A DNA stretch of 64,000 bases. Source: an uncultured Acidobacteriota bacterium (lineage in GTDB: Bacteria > Acidobacteriota > Thermoanaerobaculia > Multivoradales > UBA5704). The translations under genes and the position numbers were made by a program. The notes under the pieces are model-generated. The model was not told where the DNA came from. It was given only the letters and a program-made list of their open reading frames with translations, and did not search any database. Shown here in pieces: positions 56,938-64,000 of this stretch; positions within the stretch are counted from its first letter, which is position 1; each line of letters starts with the position of its first letter. The stretch spans positions 362,692 to 426,691 of the forward strand of contig CAVXIV010000014.1 of the NCBI GenBank assembly GCA_963761805.1, written 5' to 3'.

Positions 56938-57390
56938 TCAGGGGGAACCGAAGTAGAACAGATTCGTCCTGGGGTCGACAGCGAAACGGATTCTCTGGAG
57001 CAAGCCCTCGTAGCCAATGAAACTGCCTCCGGGCCAGTCTGGGCTCAAGAACACAGTGGCTTCGAAATCGAGGGGCTCTCCTGCTACGACCGGCAGTCTG
57101 ACGGGTACACGGTATAGCTGACCCCTGAACGTTCCCAAACGCGTGCTCAACAAGAGAGTTCCAGAGACGGGATGATAGCCCTCCTGGATATGCGCTGCGG
57201 TCGAAGAATCAAAGATGCACCACGGAGCGCCAGTATCCACGATGGCCAGAACCGGCCCCTCAAGCGTTCCGGGGATGATCTCTACATAGATACCGGGACC
57301 CTCACTCCTCCCCTTTCCATGATCGCTATAACGCGACGCGCCGGTCGCGAACTGACCATGCTCCCATCCTGGCAGGACCGGATCGATCAA
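56938..57390 (-). CDS. Retropepsin-like (clan AA) aspartic protease
   Basis: Active-site-like motif LAIVDTGAPWCIF. The TTG start overlaps the upstream stop (TTGA). Lower-GC region. Confidence 0.5.
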   Translation of the reverse strand: MIDPVLPGWEHGQFATGASRYSDHGKGRSEGPGIYVEIIPGTLEGPVLAIVDTGAPWCIFDSSTAAHIQEGYHPVSGTLLLSTRLGTFRGQLYRVPVRLPVVAGEPLDFEATVFLSPDWPGGSFIGYEGLLQRIRFAVDPRTNLFYFGSP

Positions 57391-57785
57391 GGAAGGAAAT
57401 GATGAAGAAGAGGTAGCTCTGGGAGGTTTCTGGATCGGACCGCTTCCCGGACTTTCTCCAGATCCGGAGAAGCCGCAATGAGATCCGTACCGAGCACTGC
57501 GACCCACTGGCCACGATACTTCTCGGCATTCTGCTGGAGCCACTCGAAAGTGTCTCTACGATCCGGGATCCTGCCGCCTGTGCCGACCTTGACTTCGACC
57601 GGCCTCAACACATGATGCAGCCGCCGAAGCTCCGCATGGTCCGGGAACAGGGCAAGCCCGCGTTCAGCCACTTCCCGGGCGCCGCGCAGGGTTCCCGACT
57701 CGAAGATCCGCTGGATCTCCTCCAGGAACGTCTCCGGAGTCGGCTCCTGCGGTTCAGGATCGGGGATGCGGACAGCGGCTCTCAT
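57387..57785 (-). CDS. Small protein with a DUF5678-like C-terminus
   Basis: 132 aa. C-terminus KYRGQWVAVLGTDLIAASPDLEKVREAV. Confidence 0.4.
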   Translation of the reverse strand: MRAAVRIPDPEPQEPTPETFLEEIQRIFESGTLRGAREVAERGLALFPDHAELRRLHHVLRPVEVKVGTGGRIPDRRDTFEWLQQNAEKYRGQWVAVLGTDLIAASPDLEKVREAVRSRNLPELPLLHHFLP

Positions 57786-57804
57786 ACCGCCATTATACCA
57801 GAGA

Positions 57805-59572
57805 TCAGGACTCTTTCGCGTCTGCCCGCGCCACTCCGATCCCCAATTCCCGCAACTGCTTCTCGTCGACCTCGGAAGGCGCGTCGGTCATCAGGTCGGT
57901 GGCCGAGGCGGTCTTCGGGAAGGCGATGACGTCGCGGATCGAGGGGGCTCCGGCCATCAGCATCACGATGCGGTCGAGGCCGAGGGCGATGCCGCCGTGG
58001 GGCGGCGCGCCGTAGCGCAGGGCTTCCAGGAAGAAGCCGAAACGCGACTCGGCCTCCTCGGGACCGATGCCCAGGAGACGGAACATGCGGCTCTGCACCG
58101 AGGTGTCGTGGATGCGGATCGAGCCACCGCCCAGCTCGATGCCGTCCATCACCACGTCGTAGGCGCGGGCGCGGACCGAGCCGGGATCGCTCTCCAGCCT
58201 GTCCAGGTCCCGCGGGTCGGGGCTGGTGAAGGGGTGGTGCGTGGCGAAGCAGCGGCCGGACTCCTCGTCCCACTCCAGGAGGGGGAACTCGGTCACCCAG
58301 AGGAAGGCGTGCTTTCCTTCCGGGATCAGCTTGTACGCCTTCGCCAGCTCGAGCCGCAGGGTGCCGAGGGCGTTGGCCGCCACCTTCTCCGGCGCGGCCA
58401 CGATCAGGGCGAGACCGCCCTCCTCCAATCCGAGGGCCTCCGCGGCGCCTTGCAGCTCGGCGTCGGTCAGGGCGTTCTTCACCTGGAAGACCGTCTCGCC
58501 TCCCTTGCGGCGGAGCGTCAGCACGCCGGCCGCGCCCTGGCGGCGGGCCAGCTCGGCCCAGCCGTCCACCTCCTTGCGGCTGGCTTCGGCGGCGCCGGGC
58601 ACGGCGAAGCCGCGAACGACGCCGCCGCCGGCGACCGTCTCCTTGAAGCCGCGGAAGCCGCTCTCCGCCAGACGCTCGGAGAGGTCCACGATCTCCAGGC
58701 CGAAACGCAGGTCGGGCCGGTCGCTGCCGTAGCGCGCCATGGCCTCGGCGTAGGTCAGGCGCGGCAGCGGCGAGGGCAGCTCGATGCCGGCCAGCGGGAA
58801 GATTCGGGCGAACAGCCCCTCGATCAGCTCGTAGACGTCCTCCTCCGTGGGGAAGGACATCTCCAGGTCGATCTGCGTGAACTCGGGCTGGCGGTCGGCC
58901 CGCAGGTCCTCGTCGCGGAAACAGCGGGCGATCTGGATGTAGCGCTCGAAGCCCGCGACCATGAGGATCTGCTTGAAGAGCTGCGGCGACTGCGGCAGCG
59001 CGTAGAAGCTCCCCCGGTGCACCCGCGACGGCACCAGGTAGTCCCGCGCCCCCTCCGGCGTCGACTTGGTGAGGATCGGCGTCTCGACGTCGAGGAAGCC
59101 GTGCTCGTGGAAGTAGTTGCGGACCTCGTGGGTCACCCGGTCGCGGAGCACGAAGTTCTTCTGCAGCTCGGGGCGCCGCAGGTCGAGGTAGCGGTAGCGC
59201 AGGCGGGTCTCCTCGGCGACGTCGCTTGCCGTCGATGGGAAACGGCGGCGGCTCGGAGCGGGAGAGCACGGCGGCCCGGTCGGCCGCCACCTCGATCTCG
59301 CCGGTGGACAACTCGCGGTTGACCTGCCCCTCCTCCCGGCGCACCACCTCCCCCTCGATCTCGACCACCCACTCGGCGCGCACGGCCTCCAGGGCCTGGG
59401 CGGTCTCGGGCCGGCGCTCGGGACTGACCACCACCTGGACGACGCCGCTGCGGTCTCGCAGGTCCAGGAAGAGCAGCCCGCCGAGGTCCCGGCGGCGTTG
59501 CACCCAGGCCTGGAGCTTCACCCGGCTCCCCACGTCCTCTTTCGTGATCGTCCCCGCTCCCCGACGCTTCAT
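57805..59572 (-). pseudogene. aspS: Aspartyl-tRNA synthetase, one frameshift as assembled (probably an artefact, since the gene is essential)
   Basis: ATG 59572 is preceded by AAGGAG. The N-terminal OB domain ([29 protein letters not shown]) is in one frame. The catalytic core (listed ORF 57805..59151: [28 protein letters not shown]) is in another. The break lies near 59225. Confidence 0.85.
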
Positions 59573-60114
59573 GCTGTCTCCTTTCGCCCTGTGCCCGAGC
59601 CCAGGACCTCGCGGTAATGCTCTTTCAACTCGGCGTAGCGCTCGGCGGTCTCCGCGATGCGCCGCGACTCCTCCTCGGTCAGGGGCCGCGCCACCCGGGC
59701 CGGAATCCCCAGGGCCAGATGCCCGGCGGGGATCCGATGCCCCGGAGCGACCACCGCCCCGGCGCCGATCTGCGCGCCCCGCTCCACCACCGCGCCGTCG
59801 AGAACGCGGGCGCCGATGCCGATCAGCGCGCCGTCCTCGATCGTGCAGCCGTGGACCACGGCCTGATGCCCCACCACCACGCCCTCCCCGATCACCAGCG
59901 GATGCCGCACGTGGCTGACGTGCAGCACCGTGCCGTCCTGGATATTCGTCCGCGCGCCGATACGGATGAAGTTGACGTCCCCCCGGGCCACGGTGTGGAA
60001 CCAGAAGGAGACGTCGTCCTCCAGAGTCACATCCCCGGTGACATGGGCGTCCGGCGCCAGATAGACCCGGGCGCCCAGGGTGGGCCACCGCCCCTGGTAC
60101 GGGTAGACGGGCAT
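59569..60114 (-). CDS. Gamma-carbonic-anhydrase-like hexapeptide-repeat protein
   Basis: 181 aa with left-handed beta-helix repeats and His residues typical of the YrdA/PaaY family. ATGA overlap with aspS. Confidence 0.8.
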   Translation of the reverse strand: MPVYPYQGRWPTLGARVYLAPDAHVTGDVTLEDDVSFWFHTVARGDVNFIRIGARTNIQDGTVLHVSHVRHPLVIGEGVVVGHQAVVHGCTIEDGALIGIGARVLDGAVVERGAQIGAGAVVAPGHRIPAGHLALGIPARVARPLTEEESRRIAETAERYAELKEHYREVLGSGTGRKETA

Positions 60115-60124
60115 GGCGGAGATC

Positions 60125-60697
60125 CTATTTCGCGGCGTCCGCGGCGGGCCGCACCGAGAGGAGGATGCGCTCGTACGTCGGCAGCATCTTCTCGAACTCG
60201 GCGCGGTCGGCGGAGGCCATGAAATCCACGGCGACGGTCTGGAAGGGCACCTTGAGCGCCAGGGTGCTGCGGGCCTTGTCGCCCTCGCCGGTGTCCATGC
60301 GCACGAGGACGGTGCGCACGCCCCCGAGCTCCTTGACCTCGACCCGCGGCGCGGTCCAGGCGGCCTCCTTGGCGTCGTTCTCGCGGATGTTCTTCGCCAC
60401 CGCGTCCGGATCGCTGAGCGCGGTGTTGCTCCCCCGCACCCAGATCAGCCGCGGGTCCTGCGGCGGCTTGGCGTCGGCGGGGCCGATCCACAGCCCCGGG
60501 GTGTTTTCCACCTGCCGCACCTGCCAGTCCCCCGGGATCTCGATGGTGTACGGGAGCGCCTTGCCCTGCGCGGGCTTCAGCTCGACACGATGCCAGGCGG
60601 CGGCCTTTGATTGGGCGAACGCCAGCGCCGGCAGAAAGGCGGCGGCGAGAAAGAGCGGAATCAGTCGGTGAAATCTCATAGGTGAATCCTTATTCAT
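60125..60697 (-). CDS. Secreted protein, unknown function
   Basis: Signal peptide RLIPLFLAAAFLPALAFA. An alternative start is ATG 60679. Confidence 0.5.
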   Translation of the reverse strand: MNKDSPMRFHRLIPLFLAAAFLPALAFAQSKAAAWHRVELKPAQGKALPYTIEIPGDWQVRQVENTPGLWIGPADAKPPQDPRLIWVRGSNTALSDPDAVAKNIRENDAKEAAWTAPRVEVKELGGVRTVLVRMDTGEGDKARSTLALKVPFQTVAVDFMASADRAEFEKMLPTYERILLSVRPAADAAK

Positions 60698-60755
60698 TAT
60701 TCATTGGATCGCCGGCCTTCCAAGCCGGTGCGAGAGCATGGCATAAAATCCGCCG

Positions 60756-61448
60756 GTGTCCAAAACCGTCGACGTGGTGATTCCCGCGCTGAATGAAGAG
60801 GCTTCCCTGCCTCTCGTCCTGAAGGACATCCCCCATCCGCCGGTGCGCCGCGTCGTGGTGGCCGACAACGGCTCGACGGACGGCACCGCCCGGGTGGCCC
60901 GGGAAGGGGGCGCGGAGGTGGTGGCGGCGGCGCGGCGGGGCTACGGCAGCGCCTGCCTGGCCGCCCTCGACCACCTCCGCCGCACCGGCCCGCCGGACGT
61001 GGTGGCGTTCGTGGACGCCGACTACTCCGACCACCCCGACGAGCTGCCGCGCCTTCTCGCCCCCATCCTGGCCGGCGACGCCGACCTGGTGATCGGCTCG
61101 CGGGTGCTGGGGAACCGCGAGCCCGGCGCCCTGCTGCCCCAGGCCCGCGCCGGCAACCTCGTGGCCTGTCTGCTGATCCGCCTGTTCTACGGCCACCGCT
61201 TCACCGACCTGGGTCCCTTCCGCGCCGCCCGCTGGGACGCCCTGGAGAGCCTGGAGATGTCGGACCCCAATTTCGGCTGGACGGCGGAGATGCAGGTCAA
61301 GGCCGTGCGGCGGGGACTGCGGTGCGCCGAGGTCCCCGTGTCCTACCGCCGCCGGGTGGGGATCTCCAAGATCACCGGCACGGTCTCCGGCACGATCCGC
61401 GCGGGCTATAAGATCCTCTGGACCGTGGCCCGCCACATTGGAAAATGA
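60756..61448 (+). CDS. Family 2 glycosyltransferase
   Basis: VDVVIPALNEE...ADNGSTDGT...DADYSD (DxD). 230 aa, GTG start. Confidence 0.8.
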   Translation: MSKTVDVVIPALNEEASLPLVLKDIPHPPVRRVVVADNGSTDGTARVAREGGAEVVAAARRGYGSACLAALDHLRRTGPPDVVAFVDADYSDHPDELPRLLAPILAGDADLVIGSRVLGNREPGALLPQARAGNLVACLLIRLFYGHRFTDLGPFRAARWDALESLEMSDPNFGWTAEMQVKAVRRGLRCAEVPVSYRRRVGISKITGTVSGTIRAGYKILWTVARHIGK

Positions 61449-61481
61449 CCGGGAGATGACCGGGAGTCCGAAGAGACCGCC

Positions 61482-61898
61482 ATGACCGAGCCCATCCGTA
61501 CCGCGATCGACATCGAGGTCCGCTACGCCGAGACCGACCAGATGGGCGTGGTCCACCACGCCAACTACATCGTCTGGTTCGAGCTGGCCCGCACGCGGCT
61601 CTGCGCCACTTCCGGCTTCCACTACGCGGACATCGAGCGGCTTGGCTATCTCCTGATGGTCACCGGTGTAGAGTCCCGCTACCACCGGCCGGCCCGCTAC
61701 GGCGACGTGGTGCAGGTCCACTGCTGGTGCGAGCGGCTGGGAAGCCGCGGCCTGCGTTTCGCCTACGAGGTCCGCAAGGGAGACGAGAAGCTCGTGACCG
61801 GCGCGACCGAGCACATCTGGATTGAAAGGGAGACCGGCCGCCCCTGCAGGACACCGGAGCCTCTGCGGGAGCCTTTCATGCGGCTGGCAGGTTTATAA
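61482..61898 (+). CDS. Acyl-CoA thioesterase, 4HBT/YbgC-like hotdog fold
   Basis: VRYAETDQMGVVHHANY, with the catalytic Asp near the N-terminus. 138 aa. Confidence 0.8.
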   Translation: MTEPIRTAIDIEVRYAETDQMGVVHHANYIVWFELARTRLCATSGFHYADIERLGYLLMVTGVESRYHRPARYGDVVQVHCWCERLGSRGLRFAYEVRKGDEKLVTGATEHIWIERETGRPCRTPEPLREPFMRLAGL

Positions 61899-61904
61899 TT
61901 ACTT

Positions 61905-63374
61905 ATGGATTCAGAACGCCACCGTCAATATCTTGAAGCCCTGGCGCGCCGCGCCATGGAAGAAAAGGGATTACAGTCCGAATTCTCGACGGCGGCCCTG
62001 AAGGAGGCGGAGGGCCTCTCTCCCGCCGGCCCCGACGGTCATGGAGTCCGCGACCTGCGCGGCCTTCCCTGGTGCTCCATCGACAACGACGACACCCGCG
62101 ACCTCGACCAGCTCACCGTGGCCGAGCCGCTGGGCGGCGGCGCCACCCGGGTGAGGGTCGCCGTCGCCGACGTGGACGTCCTGGTGGACCAGGGCTCGGC
62201 CATCGACGAGCACGCCCGGACCAACACCACCTCGGTCTACACCGTCGCCCGGGTCTTCCACATGCTCCCCGAGCGTCTGTCCACGGGTCTGACCTCCCTC
62301 AACGAGGGCGAGGACCGCCGCGCTCTCGTGGTGGAGTTCGTGGTCCAGGAGGACGGTGCGACGGCGGACGAGGACGTCTACCCCGCCGTGGTCCACAACC
62401 GCGCCAAGCTGACCTACACCGCCCTGGCGGCCTGGCTGGATGGCGCCGGCCCCCTGCCGGAAGGCATGGCCGGCGTCCCGGATCTCACGGAGCAGATCCG
62501 CCTCCAGGACGCCGCCGCCCAGCGCCTGCGGCGGCTCCGCCACGAGCGGGGCGCCCTCGACCTGAGGCGCAACGACGTCCACCCGGTCCTGCGCGGCAAC
62601 CGGGTGGAAACCCTCCAGAACGACGACAGCGACCGGGCCAAGGAGCTGATCCAGGACTTCATGATCACGGCCAACTCCACCATGGCCCGTTTCCTGGAGT
62701 CGCGGCGGCTGCCGTCGCTGCGCCGCATCGTCCGCCAGCCGCGCCGCTGGGACCGCATCGTGGACCTCGCCCGCCAGACCGGAGACCGGCTGCCTTCGGA
62801 GGCGGACTCCCAGGCCCTGTCGGAGTTCCTGGCGCGGCGGCGGGAGGCCGCGCCCGACGCCTATCCCGAGCTCTCTCTGGCGGTGGTCAAGCTCATCGGC
62901 TCCGGCGAGTACGTGGCCGACCTGCCGGAGGACCCCGCGCCCGGCCATTTCGGGCTGGCCGTGGAGGACTACACCCACGCCACCGCCCCCAACCGGCGCT
63001 ATCCCGACCTCGTCACCCACCGCATCCTCAAGGCGGCCCTGGCCGGGCGCCCCACGCCCTACGGCTCCGACGAGCTCCGGGAGCTGGCCCGTCACTGCAC
63101 CGGGCAGGAAAACAACGCCCAGAAGGTGGAGCGCCAGGTCCGCAAGTCCGCGGCGGCCCTGCTGCTGGAGGACCGCCTCGGCGACACCTTCCGCGCCGTG
63201 GTGACCGGCGCGTCCGAGAAAGGCACCTGGGTGCGCATCTTCCACCCCCCCGTCGAGGGCAGGCTGGAGCGCGGCTTCCAGGGGCTCGACGTCGGCGACT
63301 GCCTGACCGTCCGCCTCATCGACCTCGACGTCGAGCGCGGATTCATCGATTTCGCCCGGGAGAGACATGGCTAA
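61905..63374 (+). CDS. RNB-domain exoribonuclease (RNase II/R family) with a C-terminal S1-like domain
   Basis: CSIDNDDTRDLDQL, HFGLA...YTHATAPNRRYPDLVTHR, and a C-terminal beta-rich segment. Confidence 0.8.
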   Translation: MDSERHRQYLEALARRAMEEKGLQSEFSTAALKEAEGLSPAGPDGHGVRDLRGLPWCSIDNDDTRDLDQLTVAEPLGGGATRVRVAVADVDVLVDQGSAIDEHARTNTTSVYTVARVFHMLPERLSTGLTSLNEGEDRRALVVEFVVQEDGATADEDVYPAVVHNRAKLTYTALAAWLDGAGPLPEGMAGVPDLTEQIRLQDAAAQRLRRLRHERGALDLRRNDVHPVLRGNRVETLQNDDSDRAKELIQDFMITANSTMARFLESRRLPSLRRIVRQPRRWDRIVDLARQTGDRLPSEADSQALSEFLARRREAAPDAYPELSLAVVKLIGSGEYVADLPEDPAPGHFGLAVEDYTHATAPNRRYPDLVTHRILKAALAGRPTPYGSDELRELARHCTGQENNAQKVERQVRKSAAALLLEDRLGDTFRAVVTGASEKGTWVRIFHPPVEGRLERGFQGLDVGDCLTVRLIDLDVERGFIDFARERHG

Positions 63375-64000
63375 GAAGAGTCCGGAACGCCCCTACGCTC
63401 CAGCGGAGTTCTTCGCTTTCCGCACCCCCCTGCTGCCCTACGAAGAGCTGGAAGCCTGGAGCGCGGGACTGGAAGCGCCGGCGGCCGCCGGCGATCCGGA
63501 ACGCCTGGAAGAGGCGGTGGCCGCCGACCGCCAGCGGCTCCGCGCCCGGCTGGCCGCCCTGGCCGAGCGGCCGGAGATCCGCGAGGCGGTCTTCCTCGCC
63601 TCCCCGTCCCTCCATGAAAGCCTGGCGGCCTGGCAGAAGGACCCTGGAAGCAAGAAGGGCCTGCGGGCCGAGAGGGCGCTGGTGCGCTACTTCTACCGCA
63701 TGGCCGCCCGCGCCACCCCCTTCGGCCTCTTCTCGGGCTGCTCGGTGGGCCGGGTCGACCTCCAGCCCGGCTCCTCCACCCGCATCGCCGTGGCCCCCCG
63801 CTCCGCCTACGAGCGGCACACCCGGCTCGACATGGACTACCTCTTCGCCCTCTGCGAGGACCTGGTCCGCGACCCCGCCGTCCGCGAGACGCTGGTCTGG
63901 CGCCCCAACTCCAGCCTCTACCGCGCCGCCGGCCGGCTGCGCTACGCCGAGGCGCGGCTGGAGGGCAAGGCGCGCTCCCACCACCTGGTGGCCGTGGATT
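63367..64000 (+). CDS. Lanthipeptide/thiopeptide-type dehydratase, LanB N-terminal domain (partial; continues beyond the window)
   Basis: MAKKSPERPYAPAEFFAFRTPLLPYEEL...YFYRMAARATPFGLFSGCSVGRV... The F-x-x-RTPLLP and ATPFGLFSG motifs are characteristic of Lant_dehydr_N. The start overlaps the RNB gene stop by 8 nt. It is not in the ORF track because it has no stop within the window. Confidence 0.7.
   Translation, partial: MAKKSPERPYAPAEFFAFRTPLLPYEELEAWSAGLEAPAAAGDPERLEEAVAADRQRLRARLAALAERPEIREAVFLASPSLHESLAAWQKDPGSKKGLRAERALVRYFYRMAARATPFGLFSGCSVGRVDLQPGSSTRIAVAPRSAYERHTRLDMDYLFALCEDLVRDPAVRETLVWRPNSSLYRAAGRLRYAEARLEGKARSHHLVAVD

Noticed and set aside
27102-64000. Treating the precursor genes at 27 kb and the LanB-like gene at 63.4 kb as one biosynthetic gene cluster
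   Set aside because: They are separated by 36 kb of housekeeping and catabolic genes. Only a trans relationship can be hypothesised, and it cannot be claimed from this window.
1-64000. tRNA, rRNA, riboswitch (FMN, purine, lysine), transposase or integrase genes
   Set aside because: I scanned the intergenic regions by eye and found nothing with cloverleaf-like or known riboswitch core sequences. ribD, hpt and lysS have no leaders long enough to host one. No transposase- or integrase-like ORFs were seen. A covariance-model scan would be needed to be certain.

Overview
Very GC-rich bacterial chromosomal segment (judged by eye at about 65-70% G+C, not computed) with about 60 genes. The gene content suggests an Acidobacteriota-like genome (inference): an ADOP-type duplicated MacB-like permease with PadR, a giant beta-sandwich-repeat surface protein, and a PDZ/Sel1 lipoprotein. 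Housekeeping genes are lysS, aspS, ftsY, ribD/ribE, aroB, hpt, ridA, ltaE and punA. The main metabolic theme is purine catabolism. A uricolytic operon (allantoinase, an allantoicase::OHCU-decarboxylase fusion, HIU hydrolase, uricase) lies about 3.6 kb from, and converges on, a xanthine-dehydrogenase-family operon. Main leads: (1) Two tandem small ORFs of 53 and 58 aa at 27.1-27.5 kb, one hidden inside a shadow ORF and one absent from the ORF track. They share a conserved double-glycine leader and have divergent Cys/Thr-rich cores, which is the look of RiPP or bacteriocin precursors. They sit between a rifampicin-phosphotransferase-like PEP-utilizing enzyme and an operon encoding an amidohydrolase, an adenylating ligase and a UbiA prenyltransferase. 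(2) A LanB-type lanthipeptide dehydratase N-terminus runs off the right edge. (3) A thioredoxin-fold gene has an in-frame TGA at the redox motif (U-x-x-C) followed by a hairpin, making it a candidate selenoprotein. (4) A 20-bp tandem array of about 14 units. (5) A 158-bp element with 49/50-nt inverted arms, and two long GGAC-rich palindromes. (6) A low-GC two-gene island flanked by a 10-bp direct repeat. (7) At least 11 frameshifts are concentrated in the XDH operon, with single frameshifts in allantoinase, aroB and aspS. I found none in the first 31 kb, so local assembly error versus real gene decay cannot be resolved here. No rRNA, tRNA, CRISPR array, transposase or integrase was recognised. 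All similarity calls rest on motif recognition by eye, not on searches.
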